DNA of 64,000 bases from Deltaproteobacteria bacterium (GTDB lineage Bacteria; Myxococcota_A; Polyangia; Fen-1088), in NCBI GenBank assembly GCA_033763315.1, contig JANRKS010000023.1:96001-160000 (forward strand), given 5' to 3'. The position numbers and the translations under genes are program-made. Under the pieces are notes generated by a model. The model saw only the letters and a program-made list of their open reading frames with translations, was not told where the DNA came from and did not search any database. Positions 8,269 to 18,371 of the stretch are shown in pieces. The stretch's first letter is position 1. Every line of letters starts with the position of its first letter.

Positions 8269-10020
8269 ATGTCAGACGCCGGCGATCCTAAGAACAACAG
8301 CAAGAAGCCCCTTCGCAGCCAAGGTTGGTTCGGACGGCCGGAGCCCGAAGGGATGCTCTACCGGTCCTGGATGCGCAACCAGGGCCGCCCTTCGCATGTG
8401 TTCGATGGCCGGCCCGTCATCGGCATTTGCAACACGTGGTCGGAGCTCACGCCTTGCAATGGGCACCTGCGAGATCTCGCCGAGCATGTGAAGCGCGGCG
8501 TTTATGAAATGGGCGGCTTCCCCGTGGAGTTCCCCGTGATGAGCTTGGGCGAAACGCTGATGCGCCCCACGACGATGATGTTCCGCAATCTGGCGAGCAT
8601 GGACGTGGAAGAGAGCATCCGTGCAAACCCCATGGACGGCGTGGTGTTGCTGGTGGGCTGTGACAAAACCACCCCTAGCCTGCTGATGGGCGCGGCCAGT
8701 TGTGATTTGCCCACGATTACCCTATCGGGCGGGCCGATGCTTAACGGCCGCTTCCGCGGGCAAACCGTGGGCTCGGGCACCTTGATGTGGGACATCACCA
8801 GCAAGCTCAAGACGGGCGAGATGAACGAAGCGGACGTGCACGAAGCGGAATCGTGCATGTCGCGCTCTGTGGGATCGTGCATGACGATGGGCACGGCTTC
8901 TACAATGGCCTCGATGGTGGAGGCCTTGGGCGTGGGCTTGCCAACGAACGCGGCGATCCCCGCGGCCGATTCCCGTCGCGGCGTCTTGGCTCATATGGTG
9001 GGCCGGCGCATCGTGGAGATGGTCAAAGAGGATCTGCGCTTATCGAAGGTGCTGACCAAGGCCGCGTTCGAGAACGCCATACGCGCCAATGGCGCCATCG
9101 GCGGATCCACGAACGCCGTCATTCACTTGATCGCGCTCGCCGGTCGCTTGGGCGTAGATCTGACGCTTGCCGATTGGGATCGGTTGGGCCGCGAAGTGCC
9201 GTGCCTTGTGGATCTGATGCCCTCGGGGCGCTTCTTGATGGAAGATTTTTACTACGCCGGGGGCTTGCCGGTGGTGATGCGCGAGCTTGGTGATCTCATT
9301 CATAAAGACGCGTTGACCGTGAATGGCAAGACGATCTGGGAGAACGTCAAAGACGCGAAGAACTACAACCCCGAAGTGATTCATCCGATCACCAAACCGT
9401 TTAAGCCCCAAGGCGGCATCGCCGTTTTGAGCGGCAATTTGTGCCCGCAAGGCGCGATCTTGAAGCCATCGGCGGCCTCGCCTTCTCTCATGAACCACCG
9501 AGGGCCCGCCGTGGTGTTCGAGGACATGGACGATTACCACCGACGCATTGATGATCCGGCTTTGGACGTCACGCCCGACAGCGTTTTGGTGCTGAAGAAC
9601 TGCGGGCCGCGCGGGTACCCCGGTTTTCCCGAGGTGGGCAACTTCGCGTTGCCACGCAAGATCTTGCAGCAAGGTGTGACGGATATGATCCGCATCTCTG
9701 ATGCGCGCATGAGTGGCACCGCCTATGGCACCGTGGTTTTGCACACGGCGCCTGAAGCGAACTTGGGAGGCCCGATCGCGCTTGTGAAGCATGGCGACAT
9801 CGTTCACCTGGATGTGCTCGGCCGAAAGCTGCACCTGGAGGTCAGCGACGAAGAGCTCGCCCGCCGGCGGGCCGATTGGAAAGCCCCCGCGCCGCACGCC
9901 ACGCGTGGCTACGTGAAGCTGTTTTTGGATCACGTCACACAAGCCGACCAAGGCTGCGATTTCGACTTCCTCCGCGGCGGCAGCGGCGCCGAAGTGCCGC
10001 CGCACGGGAACCACGACTAA
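8269..10020 (+). CDS. IlvD/Edd family sugar-acid dehydratase (L-arabinonate dehydratase-like)
   Basis: PCNGHL, GCDKTTP, IGGSTNAVIH, ISDARMSGTAYGT motifs. Confidence 0.9.
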   Translation: MSDAGDPKNNSKKPLRSQGWFGRPEPEGMLYRSWMRNQGRPSHVFDGRPVIGICNTWSELTPCNGHLRDLAEHVKRGVYEMGGFPVEFPVMSLGETLMRPTTMMFRNLASMDVEESIRANPMDGVVLLVGCDKTTPSLLMGAASCDLPTITLSGGPMLNGRFRGQTVGSGTLMWDITSKLKTGEMNEADVHEAESCMSRSVGSCMTMGTASTMASMVEALGVGLPTNAAIPAADSRRGVLAHMVGRRIVEMVKEDLRLSKVLTKAAFENAIRANGAIGGSTNAVIHLIALAGRLGVDLTLADWDRLGREVPCLVDLMPSGRFLMEDFYYAGGLPVVMRELGDLIHKDALTVNGKTIWENVKDAKNYNPEVIHPITKPFKPQGGIAVLSGNLCPQGAILKPSAASPSLMNHRGPAVVFEDMDDYHRRIDDPALDVTPDSVLVLKNCGPRGYPGFPEVGNFALPRKILQQGVTDMIRISDARMSGTAYGTVVLHTAPEANLGGPIALVKHGDIVHLDVLGRKLHLEVSDEELARRRADWKAPAPHATRGYVKLFLDHVTQADQGCDFDFLRGGSGAEVPPHGNHD

Positions 10021-11234
10021 ACGAGCTCGGCCAGCGCCGAAGCCGCGCTGGCCACCAGCACCCGGCTGCTGCCCACTTGGTGCGTGCGAAAGTGCCCGGG
10101 TGCTCCAACAAGCTGCACCGCGAATGGACATTTGATGTGGGGTAGGAACTTCTGCCAATGAGGAGAAGGAGCCACATCGCTCAACTTCGCCTCAACGGCC
10201 AACCATGGCTTTCGCCCCCTAAGGACCAAGAAGTCGACCTCGTTCTTGTCTTTGTTTCTTAAGTACGTCAATTCGAAAACGCCTTCACCCGTGTCGGTCC
10301 AAAAGTCACACGCCTTCAGCAAATGACACGCCACAAGGTTCTCGAACCTCGGCCCCGCAGCCTCAACCTCGCTCCAGTCCCACAAATAAAGTTTCCCCTC
10401 TTTCTTGAGACTTCGCGCCAAACCTTTGGAATAGGGACGCAACTCGAAGGCGTAATAGAGTTCCTTTAGTGCCGACAACCACCTCGTGACGGTGTCGTGG
10501 CTGACCTCAAGATCCTCGCGCAAAGAAGCACGCGAGAGCAAAGAGCCCACCCGCTCAGGCAGAAGCGCCGCTAACATTTCCACCCGGTCCAGTTCAGGCA
10601 GGCGAGACAAATCGCGCAGGTCTTCGCGGATCACCTTCTCGACCCGGCTTTGTCGCCACACGCGCGCACGCCTATCGCTGGCTGACAAAAATGGCTCGGG
10701 AAAGCCGCCAAAGCGGAGCAAAGCCCGAAGCGCTTCCTCGGCACCGCTTACAGCTTCACCGTTTATGAGCGCTTGCAAACACATGTCAGGACTGCGATCT
10801 GCGGCTGCGCCCACAATTTCGGCGCAGGAAAAAGGATGCATCCGAAAGTGAAGCGACCTGCCAAGCAAGCTGTCGCCCCCTTTCTTGTAAACATTCAGCC
10901 TGGCGCTTCCCGTGACCAGAGCGTCCCACGGTGCTTGCCGCGTATCGAAAAGACCTTTGAGCGTTCGCTTCCATCCTTTCGCCTTATGAATCTCGTCAAA
11001 TACATAAAGGGGCACGCTCCCCTCATCTGACGGGACCAGTGACGAAGGATCCTTGGCCCACGAGCGCCGGAACTTGATCTCGTCCCAGTTGAAGTAGGCA
11101 CCATGCCCGCGCTGGGTAAGCAGCATGCGGGCCATGGTGGTTTTACCGCACTGCCTGGGGCCCGACACCATGGCGATTTTGTGACCGGCGAACGCCAGTT
11201 CAGGCACGAGGGAGGCAAGGTAGCGAGCTCTCAT
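10017..11234 (-). CDS. AAA_14 ATPase with DUF4143 (wHTH plus PD-(D/E)xK-like) C-terminus
   Basis: GPRQCGKTT Walker A, FDEIH Walker B, VTGS, GGFPE, FENLV, EVDFL, VEAK motifs. Confidence 0.9.
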   Translation of the reverse strand: MRARYLASLVPELAFAGHKIAMVSGPRQCGKTTMARMLLTQRGHGAYFNWDEIKFRRSWAKDPSSLVPSDEGSVPLYVFDEIHKAKGWKRTLKGLFDTRQAPWDALVTGSARLNVYKKGGDSLLGRSLHFRMHPFSCAEIVGAAADRSPDMCLQALINGEAVSGAEEALRALLRFGGFPEPFLSASDRRARVWRQSRVEKVIREDLRDLSRLPELDRVEMLAALLPERVGSLLSRASLREDLEVSHDTVTRWLSALKELYYAFELRPYSKGLARSLKKEGKLYLWDWSEVEAAGPRFENLVACHLLKACDFWTDTGEGVFELTYLRNKDKNEVDFLVLRGRKPWLAVEAKLSDVAPSPHWQKFLPHIKCPFAVQLVGAPGHFRTHQVGSSRVLVASAASALAELV

Positions 11235-11239
11235 GGAGC

Positions 11240-11348
11240 GACCATTTTACGACCTGACACGAATTTGGTCACGACCAAATTCCGATGTGACGCGAATTTG
11301 GCCAGGGGCCGCCGTGCGACCAAATTCCGATCTGACGCGAATTTGGTC
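11240..11348. repeat. Three 31-bp palindromic direct repeats
   Basis: GACCAAATTC-CGATCTGACGC-GAATTTGGTC at 11318-11348; variants at 11273-11303 and 11240-11270. Confidence 0.9.
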
Positions 11349-11395
11349 GGAGCGCTGCCGGCCCCGCGGGGCCTCGGGCATCTTTCGAAACGTGC

Positions 11396-12520
11396 TTAGA
11401 TCGCCGTGGCGGGCCCAGCGGCGGCGGCATCGTTTGACGGCGCGGGCACACCCACGCCGGGCGCGATCCAGCCGCCGCCCAGCACCACGTCGTCTTTGTA
11501 GAACACCGCCGCTTGCCCCGGGGCCACGCCTTCGGCTGGAGCGTCGAAGCGCACGTTCACCAGCCCGGGGCCGGCGGCCTGCACATGCGCTGGATGCGCT
11601 TGGCTGTGGTGGCGAATCTGCACCGCCGCTTGTGTGCCTTCGGCCGGCACGTCCACCAACCAGCGCACGTTCTCCACGCGCACCTCGGTGCGACCAAGTT
11701 GATCGCGCGGCCCCGTATAAACCGTGCCCGTGTTGGGATCGATGCGCAGCACGAAGCGCTTCTTTCCATCCACGCCAGGCAGCCCTTTGCGTTGGCCGAT
11801 CGTGAAGTGGTGCGTGCCGTTGTGGGTGGCCAACGTTTGGCCCTCTTCACCCACCACAACGCCCGCGCGGCCACCGCCACGCTGTTCGACGAAGCTTTTG
11901 TGATCGCCATCGGGAACAAAGCACAGCTGCTGTGAATCGGGCTTGTCACAGTTGGGCAAGCCAAACCGCCGCGCGTATTCGCGCGTCTGTTCTTTGCGCA
12001 GCTCACCGAGTGGAAACAACACCTGGTTGAACACTTCAGCGCGCACGCCGAACAGAAAGTACGACTGATCCTTGTCGTGATCCACGGCGCGCAGAAGCCG
12101 CGTGCCTGAGGGCGTGTTTTGCAAGCGCGCATAGTGGCCCGTGGCCAGTTTGGATGCACCCACGGCATTGGCAAAGGCCACCAGCGGGCCAAACTTGATC
12201 TTTTCGTTGCACTTCACGCACGGGTTCGGCGTGCGGCCAGCGCGGTACTCCTCCACGAAGTCGTCGATCACGGCTTCTTTGAAAGCTTCCACTTCATCAA
12301 GCACGTAGTGCGGGAAACCCAATTGGGCAGCGGTGGCGCGGGCGTCTTCGATGTCGCGGGGGCTGCAGCACCGGCCGCCGATCGAAGCCGCGGTTCCCGC
12401 CGCGTTGTAGAGCTTCAATGTCACACCCACGACGTCGTAACCGGCTTCACACAGCACGGCCGCCGCGGTTGACGAATCAACCCCGCCTGACATCGCCACA
12501 ACAATTCGTTCACGTGACAT
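11396..12520 (-). CDS. mnmA: tRNA 2-thiouridylase
   Basis: AMSGGVDSS, TPNPCVKCN, ATGHY, KDQSYFL, TIGQRKG, PGQAAVFY. Confidence 0.97.
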   Translation of the reverse strand: MSRERIVVAMSGGVDSSTAAAVLCEAGYDVVGVTLKLYNAAGTAASIGGRCCSPRDIEDARATAAQLGFPHYVLDEVEAFKEAVIDDFVEEYRAGRTPNPCVKCNEKIKFGPLVAFANAVGASKLATGHYARLQNTPSGTRLLRAVDHDKDQSYFLFGVRAEVFNQVLFPLGELRKEQTREYARRFGLPNCDKPDSQQLCFVPDGDHKSFVEQRGGGRAGVVVGEEGQTLATHNGTHHFTIGQRKGLPGVDGKKRFVLRIDPNTGTVYTGPRDQLGRTEVRVENVRWLVDVPAEGTQAAVQIRHHSQAHPAHVQAAGPGLVNVRFDAPAEGVAPGQAAVFYKDDVVLGGGWIAPGVGVPAPSNDAAAAGPATAI

Positions 12521-12589
12521 ATGCAAAGCCCTCGCAAGTCGTGCTGCGCCAAAAGCGCGAAAAGGGTCGGAATATAGCCGACGATTCGG

Positions 12590-14956
12590 CTAGTCGCCGT
12601 CACAAAGCGGCGCCATCAGGCTGTCCACGTCGTCCATCGTCAAAGCGGGGCGCTGGGCCGAGCCGGTGCCCAGGATGCCGTCGGCCAAGGCCCGTTTGCG
12701 GCGCTGCAGCGCCATCATGCGCTCCTCCACGCTGCCGGCGGCGATGAGGTTGTAGACGAATACGGGCTTGGTTTGGCCGATTCGGTAGGCGCGATCCGTG
12801 GCCTGCGCTTGCACGGCCGGGTTCCACCAGGGGTCATAGTGAATCACCGTGTCCGCGCTCGTGAGGTTGAGCCCGGTGCCGCCGGCCTTCAGGCTGATAA
12901 GGAAAACCTCAACTTGGCGCCCTTCGAACGCGTCCACCACTTTCTGCCGGTTGGGGGTGGCGCCCGTCAGCGTCACGAAACGGATGCCGCGATCGGTGAG
13001 CCCCTGCCCTATCAGCGCCAACATTGAGGCGAATTGCGAAAAGATGAGAGCCCGGCGTCCACGCGGAATCTGTTGTTCCAGCAGTTCCATCAGCAAATCG
13101 AACTTGGCGGAAGGCTTCACCGAACGCGCGGATTCAAGGGGCACCAAGCGCGGATCGCAGCACACTTGGCGCAACTTCATCAGCGCGTCCAAGATCGTGA
13201 ACGCCGACGCCGCCAAGCCCTTCTCAGCGATCGCCTGCCGCACCTGCGTGTGCGCCGCCAAGCGAATGCTTTCGTACAGATCGCGCTGGGTGCCGCGCAG
13301 TTCGACGGGGCGAACGATTTCGGTTTTGGGTGGCAGCTCCGTGGCCACTTGTTCCTTGGTTCGTCGCAACAAAAATGGCGTCACCTGCTGGCGCAATTCA
13401 TCCAAACGCTGTTTGCTGCCCTCACGTTCGATCGGCTGCACATACTTTTGTTTGAACCATTCGGCGTTGCCCAACAGGCCGGGCATCAGGAAATCAAACT
13501 GCGCCCACAGCTCATCCAAACCGTTTTCGATGGGCGTGCCTGTTAAACACAGGCGGTGCCGCGCCGTGATCGTTTTGACCGATTGGTGGGCTTGGCTGCG
13601 CGCGTTCTTCACCGCCTGCGCTTCGTCCAAGATCAGCAGGTGAAACGGCGTGGTTGAAAAGAAATCCTGATCGCGCACCAGCAACGGGTACGTGGTGATC
13701 ACGACGTCCGTGCGACGAGCCAGATACCGCAGCGATTTGCGCTGTGGCCCGTGCATCACCACCACGCGCAGGTCCGGCGCGAATTTCTCGATCTCGCGGC
13801 GCCAGTTGCCCGTGAGGCTGGTCAGCGTCACCACCACGGCGGGCAAGTCCAAACGGCCGGCTTCTTTTTCGGCGGCGATGTGCGCAATGGTTTGCAGCGT
13901 TTTGCCCAAGCCCATGTCGTCGGCCAAGATGCCGCCGGCTTCGCTGGCGCGCATGTGTTGCAGCCAGGCAAGGCCTTCTTGCTGATACTCGCGTAAATTG
14001 GCCTGCAAGCCCTTAGGTGGCGGGGCCACAGCCATTGGCTTGCTCACCCAGGCCTTTCCACGATCCTTGATCTCCGCCGCGCCTTCCCACTCCAAACGAG
14101 CGCCTTCCGAGCCGCCAAACGCGTCGTCGAGCTCAGCCAAATGGCCCGCTTGATTGCCCGGGAACGCCAACACGTCGGTGCGGCCGTCCCCGCGGTACAG
14201 ATCGCCCAAGACCTTCATCAACACGCGCAACCGCTCGGGCGGAATCAGCACGAAACGGTTGTCGTCTACAGGGATGGCCACGGGACGCCCACGGCGTGGC
14301 ACGAGGCTTTCGAATTCGTCGGGGGCGCCGCCACGTTCGATCAAATCCAACAACGCCGGCAACAGATTCACGCGGCGTCCATCGACCTCAATGCCGAGCT
14401 CAAGGTTGAACCAGTCGGCCTTTTCGTCGCTGCCGGGCGCCGGGGCCACGTTGGCGTACCAGGCGCTGTCGCTGTCCACGACTTGCCAGGGGTATTGTTC
14501 GGCGATCTCAACGTGAAAACCGAGCGCACGCAGCTGGGGCACGGCGTGCGCCGTAAAACCGCAGCGGGCGGCGTCGTCAGCGTCAATGCCCACAACGTAA
14601 TCGGCCTTGCACCCCAGCGGCGCTTCATGCGATTCGAGGACGGCCAGCTCCACGGGGCCAAAACTTTCCAGCACCTGACGGGCGCGCGCTTCGGCTGAAA
14701 CGTCACGAGCCACCCGTGCCACTTCAGGCGTCCACGGCCGCCCGCCGCCCACCAGCACGCCGCCGTAGTTGAACCCAAGCGACAACACGGCCGCCACCAC
14801 CTCTTCTTCGTGGTTGCCAAAGCTGGCCGCCGCCACGAGCCGCTCGGTGTAGAGCTGGACCTGGGGAATAAACGGCCAGGCCCCACCCGTGGGGTGCCGG
14901 CCTTTGGCCAAGGTGGCATCCAGGTGTGAACGAACGTTGGCCGGGGCCGAAGACAT
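12590..14956 (-). CDS. SNF2/RAD54 family helicase
   Basis: LADDMGLGKT, LDEAQ, LTGTPIEN, GGTGLNLT, QATDRAYRIGQ. Confidence 0.93.
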   Translation of the reverse strand: MSSAPANVRSHLDATLAKGRHPTGGAWPFIPQVQLYTERLVAAASFGNHEEEVVAAVLSLGFNYGGVLVGGGRPWTPEVARVARDVSAEARARQVLESFGPVELAVLESHEAPLGCKADYVVGIDADDAARCGFTAHAVPQLRALGFHVEIAEQYPWQVVDSDSAWYANVAPAPGSDEKADWFNLELGIEVDGRRVNLLPALLDLIERGGAPDEFESLVPRRGRPVAIPVDDNRFVLIPPERLRVLMKVLGDLYRGDGRTDVLAFPGNQAGHLAELDDAFGGSEGARLEWEGAAEIKDRGKAWVSKPMAVAPPPKGLQANLREYQQEGLAWLQHMRASEAGGILADDMGLGKTLQTIAHIAAEKEAGRLDLPAVVVTLTSLTGNWRREIEKFAPDLRVVVMHGPQRKSLRYLARRTDVVITTYPLLVRDQDFFSTTPFHLLILDEAQAVKNARSQAHQSVKTITARHRLCLTGTPIENGLDELWAQFDFLMPGLLGNAEWFKQKYVQPIEREGSKQRLDELRQQVTPFLLRRTKEQVATELPPKTEIVRPVELRGTQRDLYESIRLAAHTQVRQAIAEKGLAASAFTILDALMKLRQVCCDPRLVPLESARSVKPSAKFDLLMELLEQQIPRGRRALIFSQFASMLALIGQGLTDRGIRFVTLTGATPNRQKVVDAFEGRQVEVFLISLKAGGTGLNLTSADTVIHYDPWWNPAVQAQATDRAYRIGQTKPVFVYNLIAAGSVEERMMALQRRKRALADGILGTGSAQRPALTMDDVDSLMAPLCDGD

Positions 14957-15219
14957 GGCGTGGGGGAAGTATCGGGGGACGTTGGCGGCTGGCGAAATTT
15001 TCGAACAGGGGTTCACCATCGCTCAGGGCGCGCCTCCCCACAACCCCGCTGTGGACAGGGCGAGTGGGCGTAAGTGCACGTAGTTAAAAACCATTCTGCC
15101 CACAACGCATGACAGCAGAAGACAGGGCGTCGACAGGGGCGCGGCCCATACGACGTGCGCAGGCGCTGGTGGTTTCTGGTTGCACCACCACGGCCTCGCG
15201 GGTTATGGCTTGGATATCC

Positions 15220-15256
15220 ATTTCCAATATAGAAATATAATTTTCAATAATGAAAA
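15220..15256 (+). promoter_or_regulatory. Putative IclR operator(s) and -10 box
   Basis: Palindrome TTTTCA-ATAA-TGAAAA (15241-15256) covering the ATG, second imperfect one ATTTCCAATATAGAAAT (15220-15236), TATAAT at 15236-15241. Confidence 0.6.
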
Positions 15257-16014
15257 ACGAGATACCTAACCTCGGCAAGGCTTGCCAAGCCCTCAAGGCC
15301 ATCGCGGAGGCGCCGCACGGACTCACCATGGGCGAGGTTGAGTCGATCGTCGCTGCGTCTCAGACCACGACCTTTCGCCTCCTGAACACGTTGTGCGGCG
15401 AAGGGTTTCTCGAAAAACGCGACCGCAACTACCACATCGGGCCGGCCCTCATACAACTCGGCCTTGCGGCGTTGGGAAGGGTCAACCTGCGCACGGTGGC
15501 TGGGCCCGTTTTGCGAACGCTGGCCGCACGCACGGGAGAAACCGCGCACGTGGCCATTCCCGCGGGCAACGCCTCTTTGATACTTGATGTGTGCGAGAGC
15601 GACAGCCCTGTTCGCGCAGCCTCGCGCGCTGGCGCCTTGGCCGACCTGCATTGCTCGTCTACAGGCAAAGTGTTTCTGGCTTTTCGCGAGGGCGAAGAGA
15701 ACGCGGAGGCGTCCGTCGCGCCATTGCAGAAGCGTACGGCCCGCACGATGACCGACTGGCGCGCTTTGATCGCTGAATTGGCACGCGTCCGCGACCAGGG
15801 CTTCGCGATCGATGACGGCGAATATTACGAAGGCGTGCGCTGCTTGGCCGCGCCGGTGCGCAATGCCACGGGGCAAGTTGTGGGAGCCATCGGCATCACC
15901 GCCGCGGCATCGAGCTTCACGCCCAGCCGCGATACAGAAGTGGCGCGCGAGGTGCTTGCGGCGGCCGAACAGATCACGTGGGCGCTGAGCGGAAAATCAA
16001 TCGCCGTGGCCTGA
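15250..16014 (+). CDS. IclR family regulator (KdgR-like)
   Basis: N-terminal HTH, TGETAH, STGKVFLA, GFAIDDGEYYEGVRCLAAPV. Confidence 0.92.
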   Translation: MKNEIPNLGKACQALKAIAEAPHGLTMGEVESIVAASQTTTFRLLNTLCGEGFLEKRDRNYHIGPALIQLGLAALGRVNLRTVAGPVLRTLAARTGETAHVAIPAGNASLILDVCESDSPVRAASRAGALADLHCSSTGKVFLAFREGEENAEASVAPLQKRTARTMTDWRALIAELARVRDQGFAIDDGEYYEGVRCLAAPVRNATGQVVGAIGITAAASSFTPSRDTEVAREVLAAAEQITWALSGKSIAVA

Positions 16015-16034
16015 GCCAAACCCGAGGATTCTCA

Positions 16035-18335
16035 ATGACAACAAAACACCGTTCTTGTTCGCTTGCGTGCGCCTGGACCATTTTGATCATCGGTTTGGCG
16101 GCGCCGCGATCGAGCCATTCACAGCCCGCGATGAATGTGCCGGCACCGCAGCCACTATCGGGTGCGTTGCAACCCGAGGCCGTGCGTCAGGTGCTGCAAC
16201 GGGTGGCGGACTGGCAACTGGCCAACCGCACGTCCAAGCACGATCCACGTGGATGGGTTCAAGGGGCGCTTTACACGGGGTTGCTGGCCTGGGCAGACCT
16301 GGCTCCAAGCGATAGGTACCGCAACGAACTGCGGCGCATCGCTCAAGACAATGGCTGGAAACTGGGGTCAAGGCCGTACCACGCAGACGATCACGTGGTG
16401 GGCCAGCTCTACTTGGGCTTGCACGCGCACGACGACGATCCGAAAGAGATCGCCGAAGTGCAAAAGCAGTTCGACTGGATCTTGCAACACCCCGCAACCA
16501 CCACGTTGACCTTCGAGGGGTACGACAAAAGTCTCGCGCCTCTTGATCGATGGAGTTGGTGCGACGCTTTGTTCATGGCGCCCGCCACATGGGCTCAGCT
16601 TTACGCTGCCACCGGGGACCAACGTTACTTGGATTTCATGATCAAAGAGTGGTGGAGCACCACAGATTTCTTGTACGACAAGAAGGAACATTTGTTCTTT
16701 CGGGACAGCCGCTTCTTTGATCAACGCGAAGCGAATGGCCGCAAAATCTTTTGGAGCCGCGGCAATGGCTGGGTGTTTGCGGGCCTTGTGCGTGTGCTGG
16801 ATGTGCTGCCTGCCGATCATGTGGAACGCCCACGCTTCGAGGCCTTGTTTCGCAACTTGGCAAACGCCTTGCTGCGCGCGCAGCAGTCCGATGGTTTGTG
16901 GCGTACGGGTTTGCTTGATCCAGAACGTTGGGGGCAGCCGGAAACAAGTGGAAGCGCGTTCTTTGCGTATGGATTCGCGTGGGGTCTGAACCACAAGCTG
17001 CTCGATTCGACGCGCTTTTTGCCGGCGTTGCGACGCGCTTGGCCCGCGCTGGTGGCCGCGGTTGGCGAAGATGGGCGCGTGGGTTGGGTGCAACCGATCG
17101 GCGACGCACCCCGCACCTTGACTAAAGAGATGACGGAGCTTTATGGTGCCGGCGCGTTTTTGTTGGCGGGCGTTGAGTTGCACAAGTGGCTCACAAGCCA
17201 GGGCGCCGCGGCCACCATGCAGGTATTGAATCCCCTGCCCTCTCTGCGGCGCCACGAGACGATCGAATTGGCATGGGAACAGGTGGCAAAGCTGGCTCCC
17301 GCCCTCAAAGCAGCGAACCTGCAAATCATCGACGCTCGCACGGGCCAGGCGCTGCAAACGCAGGTACTGGATCTTGACGGCAATGGTCGCCCGGAGAAGT
17401 TGCTGTTTCAAACAAACTTAGGCGCACGCCAAGGCGCTTTGTTTTGGCTTCGCACCAAGCCTGCTATCGCGACGCCGGCCACAGACCCTCGCCTGTTGGC
17501 CCGGGTGGTGCCCGAACGTCTTGACGATTTCGCGTGGGAAAACGATCGCGTGGCGTTCCGTATGTACGGCCCCGCGCTGGAGCGCTCGGGTGAAGTGTCG
17601 AGCGGCGTGGACCTGTGGTCAAAACGCGGGCCCGACCTTGTGATCAACGATTGGTATAAGGGCGACGACTATCACAAGGATCACGGCCAAGGCGGCGACT
17701 TTTACAAAGTGGGACCAAGCCGAGGGTGCGGCGGCACCGGCGTCATTCACGGAGACAAGTTGGGTGTCACGAAAAACTGGCAAACGGCAAAGGTGCTGGC
17801 TGCGGGCCCTGTGAGGACGGTCTTCGAACTTCAGTACGCGCCCTGGCTTGGCCCGAACGGAGGGCCGGTGCACGAATACAAACGGGTGTCGTTAGATTAC
17901 GGCCACGTGTTTTCCCGATTCGAAACTGCTTTCAAGCATCACTTACCTGCAGCCACGCGGTTCGCCGCCGGCATCGTGAAACGTGCGGGTGCCCAGATCA
18001 AACAGGAAGACAAAAAGAATTGGCTTGCGGTGTGGGAGCCTGCGGACGGCGGTAATGGCAACACGGGCTGCGCCGTCATTATGCCGGCGAAAGACGTGGC
18101 TTTCCATGAGATCGACGGCAACGTCATGTTGAGCCAGTCACCGGGGGCTGGTTTGCGCTTTGTTCATTGGGCGGGCGGTGTGTGGGATCGCGCCGGCCGC
18201 GTGGCCTCATCTGACGACTGGAACAAGAGAGTCGCAGACTTCAGCCAACGGCTTTCTCATCCGTTGCGGATCAAGCTTGCGCGAGGACAAGGTGTGGCCG
18301 CGACACCGGCCGTGAGGCGTCTGGCGGTCCATTAA
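16035..18335 (+). CDS. GH105 unsaturated (rhamno)galacturonyl hydrolase fused to DUF4861-like domain
   Basis: Signal peptide; HADDH, WCDALFM, FWSRGNGW, ETSGSA; C-terminal DDFAWENDRVAFRMYG. Confidence 0.88.
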   Translation: MTTKHRSCSLACAWTILIIGLAAPRSSHSQPAMNVPAPQPLSGALQPEAVRQVLQRVADWQLANRTSKHDPRGWVQGALYTGLLAWADLAPSDRYRNELRRIAQDNGWKLGSRPYHADDHVVGQLYLGLHAHDDDPKEIAEVQKQFDWILQHPATTTLTFEGYDKSLAPLDRWSWCDALFMAPATWAQLYAATGDQRYLDFMIKEWWSTTDFLYDKKEHLFFRDSRFFDQREANGRKIFWSRGNGWVFAGLVRVLDVLPADHVERPRFEALFRNLANALLRAQQSDGLWRTGLLDPERWGQPETSGSAFFAYGFAWGLNHKLLDSTRFLPALRRAWPALVAAVGEDGRVGWVQPIGDAPRTLTKEMTELYGAGAFLLAGVELHKWLTSQGAAATMQVLNPLPSLRRHETIELAWEQVAKLAPALKAANLQIIDARTGQALQTQVLDLDGNGRPEKLLFQTNLGARQGALFWLRTKPAIATPATDPRLLARVVPERLDDFAWENDRVAFRMYGPALERSGEVSSGVDLWSKRGPDLVINDWYKGDDYHKDHGQGGDFYKVGPSRGCGGTGVIHGDKLGVTKNWQTAKVLAAGPVRTVFELQYAPWLGPNGGPVHEYKRVSLDYGHVFSRFETAFKHHLPAATRFAAGIVKRAGAQIKQEDKKNWLAVWEPADGGNGNTGCAVIMPAKDVAFHEIDGNVMLSQSPGAGLRFVHWAGGVWDRAGRVASSDDWNKRVADFSQRLSHPLRIKLARGQGVAATPAVRRLAVH

Positions 18336-18371
18336 AGCGACGTGCGGGAGGCGCGCCCGTTCGCGCTGCCC

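Noticed and set aside
11240-11348. Mini CRISPR array
   Set aside because: Gaps of 2 and 14 bp are too short for spacers; no cas genes in the window
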